Source: Nageia nagi | Taxonomy: Eukaryota > Plantae > Pinophyta | Assembly (NCBI GenBank): GCA_050084985.1 | Contig: JBITNC010000001.1 | Span: 172,980,001 to 173,044,000 of the forward strand | Direction: 5' to 3' | Length of the DNA stretch: 64,000 nt | In this document: piece after piece, positions 24,940-39,599 of the stretch | How the letters are laid out: every line of letters begins with the position of its first letter | Numbering within the stretch: the stretch's first letter is position 1 | Notes under the pieces: model-generated | Told to the model about the DNA's origin: nothing | Database searches by the model: none | What the model saw: the letters and a program-made list of their open reading frames with translations, nothing else | Made by a program: the position numbers and the translations under genes

Positions 24940-27900
24940 ATGGTTGATGGGAGAAGATTCTTGGATCTAGATAAATTATCTTAGAGAATTGATTAGTGAT
25001 GTCCACCTCCCAATTGCCCTTGATGAACTCAAAAATTCAATGGAAGATATAACTTCCAATTATGATTCCTTTAATCAACACCTGTAATCTCTTTAGTAAG
25101 TGTACATTAGTTGCAAGCACATCCTCTAATTCAAGTGGATTGCATGGGTCTCAATACTAGGTTGAGAAAGTCTCTCACATACCTCAAGGACCTTATCAAG
25201 CTTTTCTTCTTGGATTTTCCACATTTTTATGGTGACGACCCTATTAGTTGGTTGTATCAAGAAGAAAAATATTTCTCCTTAAACCAAATCCTTGATGCAA
25301 ATAAGGTCAACCTCACCTCCTTTCATATTGAGCGCAAAGTTTTTGACTGGTACCAATGGTTCCATAAGGTTAATGACCCCCTTCTTGGAGGTATTTCACA
25401 AAAAACCTTGTTAGATTTGGTCCTAATGATTTTGAAGATTTTACAAGTGCATTGACTAAACTTCGCCAAACAACCACGATAAGAGTATCAAAATCAATTT
25501 GAGAAACTTGCAAATTGTACCAAAGGACTCGATGAAGCATTTTTCAAAACTTGTTTCATTAGAAATTTGAAGGAATAAATTCAAGTGAAAGCTAAAATGT
25601 TCAATCCTGGTAGCTATTGGGCTTACCAAATTAGCAAAAGATAAGTTCAATGCTCAATGCAAACATGCCAAGAAGTTATTTTGAAAATCCCAAAATTCTC
25701 AAGGGGCACCAAAACCAAATCATTCACTACCGATTAAGCAACTCATCCCTATAGAGATGGAGGAGCATAAGAAAAAAGGACTCTTTATAATTGCGATGAG
25801 AAATTCAGACTAGTACATCGGTGCACTACCAAAAATTGTATGTATTAAATGTTGATGTACCATTCGAGTCAACTAAAAATACATTTGAATATGTCATGAT
25901 TGATATAATGGAGGAACCAACACAAATTGTTGAAGATACTCCTAGGATATCTTGCAATTCCTTGTCAAGATTTTCATCAACACGAATCATGAAATGTCAT
26001 GGACATTTTAAGGGACAAACCCTAATAGCATTAATTGATTTAGGGAGTATACATAATTTTATTGCTCCCAAAATGATCAAGAAGACCAATTATGATATCC
26101 ACCCATAGAATAAATTTGAGGTGATGATTGGGAATGGAAGGAAAATTTCTTTGAAATGATGATCTTGCAATGTTAAGCTCATTCTAGAAGGCTACTAGCT
26201 ATAAAGTGATATGTATGCCTTGCCATTAGGGAGTTGTGATGTAGTCCTCAGGGCTCAATGGTTGCCAATGTTGGGACTTATTCTATGGGATTTTTGTGAG
26301 CTTTGGATTCAATTCATAATTCAAGGACACAAATATACTCTCAACAGATTAATATCAAGGCCATCCCAAATTATTAGTTCATACTGCATTGAGAAACTAC
26401 TTAAGAAGAAAGGGAAGGGAATGGTGGCATAATTATTTGTAATTCAAACAACAGATAAAGGATCTAAAAAATTACAAAAAATAAAAACTATTGGCACTTC
26501 ATATAGATATTTTTGAATAACCATAAGGGCTACCCCCACATCATCCTCATGATCATGTTATCTAGCTGATTCCTAGGAGTCAACCATCCAACATCCGACC
26601 TTACCACTACTTATGTATGCAAAAGGATGATATTGAGAAATTGGTCCATGACATGTTGAAAGCTAGTATTATTCACCCTAGTTAAGTCCTTACTCCTCTC
26701 CTATCCTATTGGTTTGTAAGAAGGATGGGTCATGGTGCATGTGCATCAACTTTTATACCCTGAACAAAATTAAAATCAAATATAAGTTTCCCATTCTTGT
26801 AATTGATGAACTATTATATGAATTACATAATACTAAATATTTCACTAAGTTGATTCTTCGATCTGGGTACCATCAAAGAAGGTTACATGAAGAAGAAATT
26901 TCCAAAACCACCTTTCGCACACATGAAGGCTAATATGATTTTTTAATAATTTCATTTGGTCTTACTAATGCTCCTTTTGCCTTCCAAAGTCTCATGGACC
27001 AGATATTTCACCTTACCTTTAGAAATTTATTTTAGTTTTCTTTGATGACATTTTGATATACAACAAGACTTGGAAGGATCACTTATCCTAGTTAAATCAA
27101 ACCTTGGAAATTCTCCAAGACCACCAATTATACGTCAAACATTCCAAATGTTTCTGTGGATGTAAGGAGCTTGAGTATCTTGGGCATATTATTTCTAAAT
27201 AGGGTGTCAAGGTGGATCCCCTAAAGATTGAATACATGCAAACTTGGCCTCTTCCAAAATCTCTGAAGAGATTGCATGGATTCCTAGTATTAATTGGGCA
27301 CTACCATAAATTCATGAAAGATTATGGAAATATTGTATTCCTACTCATTACCTTCACTTGGTTGCCCACTGCTAAAGAATATTTTCATCGACTAAAGGTT
27401 TCCATGTGTTCTACCCCAGTCTTGGCCCTGCCCAATTTCTCTAAAACTTTTATCTTTGAAAGTGATGCCTCTAGCGTAGGAATTGGTGTTGTGCTAATGC
27501 AAGAAGGGTGCCCCTTAGCTTTCACTAGAAAGGCCCTCTTAGGTAAAACTCTAGCTAAATACTATGAAAAGGAAATGCTTGCTATTATTCATGTCATTTA
27601 GCATTGACAACCCTGTCTCATTGGTTGATATTTTCTCATTTTAATGGACCACCATAGTTTGAAATATTTCCTAGAACAACTCATATCCACTCCTGAATAA
27701 CAAAAGTGGATCCCAAAACTTTTGGGATATGAATATGAGATTGTGTATCGAAAGGGTAGTGAAAATGTAGTTGCAAATTCCCTTTCTTGAAAAATTTGAG
27801 GAGCCAACGACACTTCAAGCCATATCATCTCTAGTTCCTTAATGGATCAACTAAGTTAAACAAGAATGGCTTTATGATAACTTTTCTCAAACACTTATTC

Positions 27901-29267
27901 AACAAATACAAATGGATCTCACTAGCAAATCCCATTTCTTATGGCATGACAAGATTATTTGGTTCAAGGGTCATATTACACTACCTACCAACTCTTCATG
28001 TCATGAGATGATACTTTAGGAGTTGCACACTGCGCCAACTATTGGACACTCTAAGTTGCTAAAAAAATATAGGAAAGTAGTTTGATCCTTATATTGGCCA
28101 AGAATGAAATAGGATATCATGATGTTTGTTTTTGAATGCATTATTTTTCAACAATAAAAAGGTTAGACAGTTGATACCCTAGACCTGCTTCAACCTCTCC
28201 CCATACTAAAGTACACTTATACTAACATTTTAATGGATTTTATTGAATGCCTCCCAAAATCCTACAAGAAAGTGATTATCATGGCAGTAGTCAATTGGAT
28301 GTACAAGTATGCACACTTTTTCCCTTTGGCTCACCCCTACAAGGTTGTCACTATAGCATAACTTTTTTTGTATAATATTTTCAAACTTCATGGTATGCCT
28401 TCCACTATTGTTAGTTACCATGATTAGTGACCATGATCCAGAATTTACCAATAAATTTTGGTAAGAATTCTTCAAACTCTAGGGCACTTAGCTCAATATG
28501 GGCTTATCACCACAAATGGTCAAACAAAGATTGTTAATAAGTGCTTGGAAACATATCTCCATTATTTTACTTTAGCCCAACCCTTGCATTGGGTTCAATG
28601 GATTCCCTTAGCAAAATGGTGGTACAATACTTCATATCATACCACCATCAAGATGACCCCATATGAAGCCTTGTATGGCCAAGAACCACCCATTGTGTCC
28701 TCCTATGTTCCTAGCAGTACCAATGTCCAAGTTGTAGACACCACCTTAACCAATAGGGTAGACATCATCCATATCCTCAAAGAGAATCTCCAAGTGGGTC
28801 AACACCGCATGAAACTACAAGTTGATCAGCAACGAGTCGAGAGAGAATTCTAAGGAGACATGGTTTTCTTATGGCTTCGACCATACCAATAGAAATATCT
28901 CAAGATCAAAGGACCACAAAAGCTAGTTCCAAGATTTTATGGGCCTTACAAAATACTTTAGCCCATTAGACCTACAACATACAAATTGGCACTACTTGCA
29001 TCTTCCAAGGTTCACCTTATCTTTCATGTCTACTGCCTTAATAAGGTACTAGGCTCCTAGGAAACAATTTAGATTGAACTACCCAAATTCACTAAGGATG
29101 GATCCATAATGGTTGAACCTAAGGCTGTTCTAGACTATTGCATATGTCATCTTCACAATCACACCATTACTGAAGTTATCATCTAGTGGCATGGATTGGC
29201 CCTTGAGGATGCAACATGGGAGATACTTCATTAGCTCTAACAATAATTTCCCAATTTTTATCTTTGA
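24940..29267 (+). pseudogene. gag-pol pseudogene with C-terminal chromodomain
   Basis: DFPHFYGDDPISW (gag), LIDLGSIHNFI (protease), KKDGSWCMC...FRTHEG and VFFDDIL (RT), ESDASSVGIGVVL (RNase H), WWYNTSYH and GPY (integrase), WHGLALEDATWE (chromodomain). Confidence 0.92.
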
Positions 29268-29296
29268 GGAGAAATCTCTCTTTTAAGGGGGTGGCA

Positions 29297-29686
29297 TGTC
29301 AGTATCTCATATCCTCACATTTACTTACATTATTTCAGTTAATTAATTAGATTATCAGCATATATTAAATTTTAAGGTGGACCAACATGGTTTGTAAGAT
29401 GAATCACCATTTTGCATTAACGATCGATTAGGGTTGGGATAGGACTACAAATATGTGTATCAGAGGAATAGACATTATGTTGGAGAATATATTGTTTTGA
29501 TGTATAAGGAGGTAGCCCCCTCAAAGCAGCCCATGATTCATTTTGCCATTAGTAAAGTTTCTCTATTGTGATCTTGCTATTATTTTGATTCGCATAGTTA
29601 TTTTGTTGTCATTTGGATCTGTTGCTTCTTTATATTTCTTTATTATTTGGTTCAAATCCCATTTTAGATCTTGTGGGTTCCTAACA
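29297..29686 (+). repeat. 3' LTR of the chromovirus
   Basis: TGTCAGTATC...GGGTTCCTAACA, preceded by the polypurine tract AAGGGGGTGG (29285-29294). Confidence 0.95.
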
Positions 29687-29691
29687 AAGAG

Positions 29692-30208
29692 CCACCCCAT
29701 GCTATTTTCATGTTGATTATTTAAGGGATCAATCTTTTCATCCTTTGTCTTCTCCTTTAGATAATGTGGTTAGTTTTGCCACCACATATCCAAAGGGGGT
29801 GTTTGTAAATAGCTAAATTTGATTTTTAATTTATTAAAAATCATATTTTAATTATCTAGAATAAATATTTGATTAATGTCTTTATTATTATATTTGATGG
29901 ATTATTCTATTGATGAGCCCAATATATTTTGTTATTTCACACTCCTTTCTTTTGTGGTATGAGATCCAAGGCATAATGTGAAAGGTGGTTTATTAAGCAA
30001 GGATCTCAATATAAAAGGAGGAAATGGTTGAGATAACTATCTCACTATGATAGTTCATACTATGCACATTTTGTGATTCTCATTATCAAATGCAATCATT
30101 GGTTCTCACCACCACCTATCAAGCCTAAATTTATGCCCTATCACTTTATTTATCTTCATACTTTCATTCTTGTAGCTATATTAGACATTGTTGTAGGTAC
30201 ATTCATCA
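29692..30208 (+). mobile_element. Remnant 3' UTR, PPT and LTR of an older element that the chromovirus interrupted (probably continuous with ~23140-23915)
   Basis: TTTTGCCACC...CCAAAGGGGGTGTT-TGTAAA resembles a Copia-type PPT/LTR junction (LTR start ~29804). The end is uncertain. Confidence 0.4.
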
Positions 30209-30599
30209 ATTGATATTGAGTTTAGGCATCATTGCTTTGAAACATTATGTAATGCCACATAATCAGAAATATTGGCATTATGCATCGATGCACCATTCTT
30301 GTGGATATCTTGGCCCTAAATTGTAGGTAAAAATCATTATATGCCTCCTCAAGCTCATTCTAGTATTCCTTATACAATGCAAGTAAGAAACATAGGTTTG
30401 TTTCCCATTTTAAATTCAAACAAGATACTTATTAAATTTTGGGCCAATAACTAGGGTGCATTGTTGATTGTTGTCGATTTCATCATGCCTTAGTTATTAT
30501 TCATCTAATTGTGTTATTATCATCTATATTGCACATTATTTTGTTACTTTAAAATAGATTCTTTAATTGACTAAAATCAATTTTGTGTCTCCAATTACA

Positions 30600-31750
30600 T
30601 ATAAGAAGGTTAACATTGATAGAATTGTCAAGTACCTAAGTCGTACCCCTTTTGCACATGCTTTAAGTATATAACTACTCAACTTGGGTTCTAAAATCAA
30701 GCAATAGAGTAATATAAAAAAATCTAGATTTGGCCAAGCCTTTCATAGGGAAACATATCCTTCATCATCAAACTTAGAGCCATTTTAAGATTTTCATCGT
30801 CAAACACCTTTTAGAAATAGGCATACTCAACACTTTATAAAGGATACATACACAATATGATGTACTTTACATTCTAAAGATGCAAGTTGTCATCACTCTA
30901 AGCTCTTAAATTAAAAAAAATTGTCTTGAGTTACCCCCTTCCAATCCTAACTTATCCTTGGAAAAGTATTTCCATGGACTTGTTAAGTGGTCTTCCTAGG
31001 ACCATCTAACGTCAGGATTACATCTATTTGGTTAGTAATCATTTTAGTAAAATAACCAAAAAATTCCCATGCCTTAGAACATATGTTGCAAGTGCAAGAT
31101 CCTAAGTATTATTTGATTATTTTTGGCAAACCTTAGTATAACATCAATATTATTCTAATCATGACTCCCATTTTGTAGATAATGTTGGGTGTTGACTTTA
31201 GACAATAGTAAGATTTTCTCTTAAAATTTCCACTACATATCACCCACAAAGTGATGCGAAACCAAAGTAGTCAACCACACATTAGGGTAGTGTTAGAATA
31301 TGCAAACAATGTTCCTCAACCAAATGGGATTAATTCTTGCCCATATAGAATATGCTTATGATTAACCAATTTTTTTTTTCAATTGCTCATTCTTCATTTG
31401 AAGTTTGTTGTGTATGTGTGTATTACACCTCATTTTATGAATAATGTTATTCAATGCTTATCATTTTCTACAAAATTTATGTTTTGTATTATTATAAGTT
31501 GAGTTCTATATTAAACGATGATGCCTAAACCTTGAAGCAATGCCTATTCCAAATCATAAAGCAACCACTTAAAATGTATGTACAAACCTTATGACTAGAA
31601 CAATAGATACAAACCTCCTTGCTTAGTATAATGATATTAACCCCATTGCTACAATCTTACAAGCCTTTTGGTTCATAAGGACCAAATTCCTTTTTCATCT
31701 TCACCCTCCTACAATGAGCTACACTCGATTTTGGTTCTACTACAAGGAAG
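30600..31750 (+). pseudogene. Highly decayed Gypsy integrase remnant
   Basis: YPLPILTYPWKSISMDLLSGLPRT at ~30932-31005 and YHPQSD at ~31238. Confidence 0.75.
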
Positions 31751-33302
31751 ATTTCAAGAAAAACAACTCATTAGCAATCAAGCAACCAAAGTGATGGGAT
31801 GTTGATGTCAACAAAGGTTATTTATTGCCTCCCAATACATGATAGATGTGTTAACAAAAATAAGCAAACATGAAATGCAAGGTGTAGGATGCAAGCAAAT
31901 GATAAAGATTCTTCGGTTATATCTATGTTTGAAGAAAATAGTATCAAAATATCAAGAATGTAAAATACAAAGTAATAAAATTCTTTTATCATGCTGAAGG
32001 TGGGATTCTTCAACCAAACTTCACTCAAGATTTGATATTTCTTAAAAGAAGTTGATTGTGTTCAAATGACCAAGTGACTTACTTTTATATGATTCTACTT
32101 CAATACTACGTTTCCCATCCAATGCAAATAAAAACATGTCACAACCCTAGGATGCAAATTACTTAGGTGAACGTTAAACCATTTAAAATGCTACAAGATG
32201 TGAATCAAGGTACAATACACCTAAGGTACATCATAACAAACCTAACCATCATGCACAATCACATCAATCAAACCAACAACACACAAACTAAATCTAGCAA
32301 CATGCAAAATTTAACCAAGATAAATCATACCAAGCAAACCATGTAAAAAGGCACATGAGCTATTATATAGCATGCAAGCTTATGTCTAAAAAATTATGTG
32401 AAATGTAAAATAAAACAATTGCAACGAATTACACAGTTTGTCTTTCCTCAGGAAAATGAACATGCATCTTATATGGGAAAGTGAACATGCAGCTTATATC
32501 AAAGCGATGCCCACAAAAGTTTACAAGTTGCACAAAAGAGCAAAGCTTTAAGTAGTCACCTACTTCATGAATGATATTCTAATTTACAGAAGAAAAAAAT
32601 GCATCATTGTACTAGTCCAACAAAACATGCATACAATTATAACCACAGGCAGAATGTGAAAGGGAATAAAAGTCAAAAACTGTGTAGGTCACATTCTACT
32701 CAATTATGTGAGAAACAATCATTCAAATACTTAATTGCTATAAATTTACATTTGGACCAACTTTGGTAAGTCTTACAAACCAATAGGTTTAAAAGAATGT
32801 TAAAAGACATCTTACTCTAGAATACAAAGATGCCAATTTGACAATCTGAAACACTATATCTCATTAGTATCAAACAAATCCCGAAAGAACATGCAAAAAT
32901 AAGGTCTTGCAGTGAATTCCCATAAAAAAATGCAGTTACAAGTAGCTATCTCTGCCAAAACAGAACTATTCCACATTCAAACATCATCAAAAATTTATAT
33001 TATTCCTGGCATAGATGTTTATTCTTGGCATGACATCATTTGGTGCTACCTTAGAGCAAAATTTTATAAGTATATAGGATGCAAGCCCAGAGGCATTTGG
33101 CAACTTGATACTTGATACTTGATACAATTCCACCAAGTTGCTGTTAAGCAATGTCCTTGCAGTCTAATTAGATCAAAAAATAAATTTAAGGCTTAAAATC
33201 GGCCAATCTTAACCAATTTCAGTAAAATACAAAGCGGACAAATTTTCCATGATAGTAATAAAGGAAAAGATAACCCAATCTGAATAACAGCACCCCTTTG
33301 TA

Positions 33303-33866
<564 letters not shown>

Positions 33867-33941
33867 TTAAAAAACACATTAGTGTAACACAAACTGAGCA
33901 TTCATCAAGCAAATACAGTCAAAGCTGAGGTGTGGTCTAAC

Positions 33942-34760
33942 CTTTTTTGGAGCTGAAAGCGTAACTTCTCATCTTCAATCTGAGACTTCCCACGGGGTAT
34001 AGTTCCCTTTATAGGCTTTGCTTCCAATATGCCATTCCGATCTAAACTTAAGAACCTCTCTGGTGAAGAAGAACAGATGCATATATCCTGCTTTCCAAAG
34101 TGAAGCCATGCTGCATAAGGAGCAGGATTTTTCTCCCTCAAATTGAGATAGAGAGGAAGAGCGTCTACAATATGAGCTTTCTTCTGAAATTGTGTCGTGA
34201 GGCACAACTCATAGCTTTCACCATCTTTGATGTACTGAAGACATCTATTGACATCTTCCTTGTACTGTTGTTTTGACTTCTGCAACCTAAAAAATTTCTT
34301 ATCATCAACACCTTCTGTAATTGACAAAAATGAAGGTAGTTTTCTTCTTTCCACCGATGCTTTGGCATCTGTTCTGATTAACTGTAGAAGTTTCCTCTCT
34401 GTAGCATCCACCCATGTTGCAGACTCTTGCATTTTAGAATTTATAGAGTAATTATTTACAGAATAAGAATCTGGACAAATGGAACCATTTTTATAATCAG
34501 TCTTCACATCGTGTTTAAACAAATAATCAAAATTTTCTGGTGATCCATTCAAGTGATTTCCTGCTGAAGCATTTCTTTGTGGAATACTACGGTCACCCAA
34601 ACCATCATGTGGTTCAACAGTTGGACATACCGACAAAATGTAAACATCATCAGTCCAATGATCAATTACAATGAAGCGATCAGCAAGGAAAAAACATGCA
34701 TCAGGATCCTGTGACTCATGGCAGTTGTACTTCATGCCACACTCTGCCTTCAGTTCATAA
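33942..34760 (-). CDS. ADCS: ADCS exon
   Basis: YELKAECG...PDACFFLADR...GESYELCLTTQ...NPAPYAAW...SSPERFL...KPIKGT. AG at 34762-61 and GT at 33941-40; phase joins the last exon (AG|T = Ser). Confidence 0.95.
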
Positions 34761-34914
34761 CTGTTAAGATGGAGATGTTGATTAGTACAGAAAACACTAT
34801 TCACATACTAAAGAAAAAGAAGGCAAGCACATGAAAAGAAATGACATTGAATATCTTGCAATTGCTACTGAAGTCAATAAGAAATCTGAAAACAGAAAAT
34901 GTTCATATACATAC

Positions 34915-34997
34915 CCAATATAACCAACATATCCTCCGCAAAAATCAAAAGGCAACCCTTCAAAATCTTCCTTTCGACAAGTAAATGATTGAAGTTC
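34915..34997 (-). CDS. ADCS: ADCS exon
   Basis: [28 protein letters not shown]; canonical AG/GT ends; GG|T joins the next exon in frame. Confidence 0.93.
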
Positions 34998-37910
34998 CTA
35001 ATACATTCAATTCCAAGAAATTTTGTATGTTAAAGCCACAGTTCAAGTAAAAATCCCAAATTCCATACAAAGGCATTGACTTTCAAAACATTAAGCATCA
35101 GGTAGGTCAAAAGTTTTCACTCAAAAGTCGGAACAAAATGGAACATAAACATTAAACAGGAGTTGCACCAATCAAGTATTGACAAGCAACATATAATGGA
35201 AAACCAATCAAAATGAAATATTCCTTCAGTGGAAAAAGACATTTAAGGTTTTCCAGTAAAGCTCATCTACAGTTTTTAATACTGTGCATAATTTAATATT
35301 TACACATCACGCTATAACTTGTCAGTAATTGCTCATTTTATGTGAATTAAATGTGAAACATCAAGTATTCAATCAACAAACACACAAATTTCTAATTCTT
35401 CACCAGATACAATTATTAGGGTTTACATCAAAGTCACTAGAATTGATTCATTGAACTCAGACAGGAAAGTGAAGCAGACTCTGAAAGGCTTGTGGAAATT
35501 TGTAAACAAAATGGGTAAATTTAAAAAATATATATAACATCCAGCTAGTACCAGAAGATATGGGCCTTCTTAAATTGTGCCGGGCACAGCAAGATATCAT
35601 CTCATTTCCTTTGTTCGCTTATGATGTCAACAGGCTACCAGCATCTTGCAGGGAGGGCCCATTCCCCAACAGCCCCACCTCCCAAGAAAACATCAAAAAG
35701 TCATTTCTGGACAACTGCCAAAGCAATTTCTATATAGATCCAGTTTAATACTAGAACAAACTCCACAGTACAGCGTTGCAGAATAGCACAACAGTCTTAA
35801 ATGTGGCACCCGCTTTGTAGAAACCATTGGATGATGAACCATTCTATCTTACATCATTGTCTACAACATGTATAAAAATATATTAGGCAATAATTTCAGA
35901 CAGAACTACATCTATACAGTATACTCACGAGATCAGCATTATTGTAGAGTTGTCATATCAATAAAATTCCAATCCAGCTATTTCTGCCATAATTGTTTTT
36001 TCCTGAGTGTTTGACAAGTCTCATGCTTCCTTTCTGCACTCTGCTAGTTGTTTAAAATATTAGCATGAGTCATCTCTTTATAAACATTTGATTCAACAAT
36101 TTCATGCATCTTCCACCAGACTGATCTTAAATCCAGGCTAGATAAGATTTTGAATGGTGCAAGAGAAATGAGGTAAGTCCAGCTCAGTCCAGCCAAGTCT
36201 TGGCAAATGAGTAGAGAAGATCCACTTTCTTGTGAAACCTGCTACACTAGTGAATCCTGCATAATTTACAGCCATTGTGTTCCTACTATGGTCGATCATA
36301 CAAAGGCTTCTGCAGATAGCTGGTGAGCAGGCTTGTGGCATTAAGGGTTTGAGAAATAAGAATCACAGAACATTATTTATGACAAAGAAGATACATTCTT
36401 TGATTACATCAGCAGTACCAAAACAACTGCCACGTGATTTCATTTGTTCTCTTTTATCAGAGTCATTAGAATTATACTTCTACTAACAAGAATCAACACT
36501 TGAGAACCAAAAATCCATGCCAGTCATTTAATCAATTCTTCAATTGACAAGTCCAAACAGATTGATAACATTTAACAGACTTGCGGTTCAATCAACAAGT
36601 CTCAGAATGAAAAGCATGTTTATTGCGACAAGTGTAAACAGACCATTTTATCAAGTAGTTATAAGCAAAGCCCATTCCTAAAATAACTCATCACTTTGAC
36701 ATTGAGAACATTTCCAATACAGAAGTATTTGTATTGACGTAAGAATTTGGTTTATAGAACACTTACTAGGGTTGTTCACAATTCACACCTTTACAAGTTT
36801 CCCTCCGTTCAAGTGTCATGTTAGGGCTATTTGTCACTCTCCGTTTGATGTGATTAGTAAAAAGATATGGATTTGGAAAGTGTCTGAAGCTATCAAAAGA
36901 AAATCAGAACAGAAGTTCCAAAATGGTGCACAGAATAATTCAAGAAAACCCTCTATAATAGCAAGACCAGAAAAGAAGAAGAAAAAAAAAAATTCTTCTC
37001 GGATCTCTTCTTCCTAAAGAGCTAGAGATTCATGTTGATGAACTACATAAATCCTTGGCATCTAATAAACCAGGAGACGAATGGGAATCAGATCTGAAGA
37101 TTGGATGCTTAAATGGATACAAGAGTTGAAAAGATCTATAAGCCACAATCAACTCTTGTGGTAAGTTTTGGCAAGTCTCTAGAAACTTGTGAATTTCATC
37201 AGGTTCCCGTGAGCCTTGGTAAGCTTGACCACAAATGGAAATTATGGCACTATTTTGATAAAGTAAAATGGACTCCAAACGTTTTGACAAATTGTGATTC
37301 TATAAATAGGATAGATCATCTTCACCAAATGCAGTTAAATGGAACTAATTACTAGCTTATCTTAATCCATGTCCAATGCATATAAATCATGTTGATATGT
37401 ATTATTCAAATCATCTGGTTATCATGAATATAAAACAGACTGAAATAAACTTCCAATATATAAAACTGCATAGCGTCACTGATATTTCTGTCAAATCCAA
37501 GGGAAGATTGAAACATGTGATCAAAATGTTGTTATCATATACAAACTAACTTTCATTGAATTTCAGGTAAAATACCAAGAAGGCCAAAAAGCATCAAACA
37601 TGTGATATCTATAATAGATGATTCTTTCTTTATATATCATGCTACATATTATGCAAAAAATCTTTATAATAATTTATGGCACAAGAACGCTTTCATAGAA
37701 ATCTCACACAAAACATATTACCATATTCAAAATAGAGAATAATCAAATCTACAACATAAGTTCATGATAATTCTAAAAATCATGATAATATTGAATGAAA
37801 TCATATGCTGAAATTGTTCCTTAGAAAGTTAAAAAAATTCACTTTCCATAAATTGAATATAATTTTAAACATCATGATGATTTGAATGTAATCATAAGTT
37901 GAAAGTGTAC

Positions 37911-38013
37911 CTTACTTAAAAAATCAAAAAATCCACTTCTTGTAAATTTCTGTTTAACCAAACCGTTTTCATCTTCAATTGACAGAAATCCACCACCTTG
38001 ACCAGTTCCGTCA
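37911..38013 (-). CDS. ADCS: ADCS exon
   Basis: DGTGQGGGFLSIEDENGLVKQKFTRSGFFDFLSK; polypyrimidine tract plus CAG acceptor, GT donor; phase compatible. Confidence 0.92.
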
Positions 38014-38157
38014 CTGAGAAAAAAAAATTCAAGAATAAGTTGATCCCCTTTCCTTGATTCGAAAAAGCATTCTATAAATCTCAACAAACTACAGAATCAA
38101 AATCTTATTTAATAACTGTAGATACATTATCATGTTTAAGTTCATAAGAGACTACAC

Positions 38158-38237
38158 CTTTTACTAGACAGTCTGTATACTATACGTCGCCACAGCAATC
38201 CCCCTTTTCCACCCATAAAAGAAAACCGTGCCCTGCC
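38158..38237 (-). CDS. ADCS: ADCS exon (most 5' exon found in the window)
   Basis: GRARFSFMGGKGGLLWRRIVYRLSSK; TAG acceptor and GT donor; phase compatible with the next exon. Confidence 0.93.
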
Positions 38238-39599
38238 CTAGAAATAAGTAAAATATCATTTTCAGAAATCAATAGCTATATACATAATTCTCAAGTTACT
38301 TCAAGTCTATTATCAGGAAAGAGAATTTTATACAATGATGCAAACTTTTCTGTTTACTTGAACACAACACGGAAGACAGCATGTAAGGAACTACCTTCTT
38401 TTAACAAATTGAAATGCAACACGATCTCTTCTTCCAATATGGTAAACAATGCATTTCCATATTCATTCATTGACCCCCATGTACACAAAACCCAAATGGC
38501 ATAAAGTAATTTTGAATTCCAATCTCTAAACTAGCATATAATTTACAAGCCTGATTTAAGTGGAAAAGTAAAGGAAAACTTGTAAACTACCGGTCATTTC
38601 TTGTGTTATTTTGACTAATTTTACAACAGCTGCAGTGGCAACTTTTGAAAAACCCAAAAGGACCTTGTCGATAGAGATGGAAGAAAAAGGTAGAAACCAA
38701 AGAAACATGATGCTCACATAAAATGTTTTACTTTGTAGGAATTCTAAAAAGGCTCAAGTCTCACTGAAGTGCATTAACCATGGACCATAGCACATAAAAA
38801 AAATTCAAGTCCACATATTGTTCGAATCTATTAGAATATTACACAGTTGCCCAGATCTGCAAAATATAGCAATGATCAGCAATATTTTTATTTGGCATTT
38901 TGGTATCATCTGTTTGGAATTTTTTACATATCATAAGATTTTGAAATTGTCAGTATTTTTCTTGATTAATTGCCTATAAGTTGCAATATATTTCTCATAT
39001 AATTTCTCATGTGGCTTGCTGAGAAATCGCTGATCACTATTTTAGCAACTAATAAACTACGGATCATTCTTACTGTCATACCTTAAAATAAATTATGAAG
39101 ACGCAGGAATTTATTGCTTTTACCAAAGCCATTCAACTTTGTAAGAAATGAACCAAATACTGATCTCAATATATTTTCTAAATTATTGAAAATGGCTTCT
39201 ATATGTTCCATAGTTATTTAATTTATACAAATTCAAAAAGAATAAACAAAAAATGGCATAATGTGACGATATCACTTATGTATTTGAACATGTATCTGTC
39301 TGACAAGCATAACGCATTCAACCAAAGGCCAAAAACGATAACCATACCTCTTAATAATTTACTTTATCGAGGAAAAAGAATATGTTTCTGACTTGATTTA
39401 TGACACATCCACGAACATGGGCTATCAGCAGCACAATACCAATTAGGATATGATTTTTTAAACACAAATAGCTTAAATTATCAAAATCAAGATACAAAAC
39501 CCTATATTATCAATCGTGGCAGCCAACAATTCCCAACACAGACAGAACCTAGCTTTTTATCGCCCTATCCTTCTTGGTTTTAACTTCGGTATGTTCTCA

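Larger units (their letters stand above)
23921..29686 (+). mobile_element. Full-length decayed Ty3/Gypsy chromovirus (Reina-like)
   Basis: Two LTRs, PBS-Met, gag-PR-RT-RH-INT-chromodomain, PPT, and TSD AAGTG (23916-20) / AAGAG (29687-91). Confidence 0.95.

Noticed and set aside
33905-34804. 299-aa ORF as a stand-alone gene
   Set aside because: It is an ADCS exon (33942-34760) with read-through into the flanking introns.
35500-37350. Short ORFs in the 2.9 kb ADCS intron as extra exons or a LINE
   Set aside because: Flanking exons already join in phase, and any LINE-like motifs are too faint to support.
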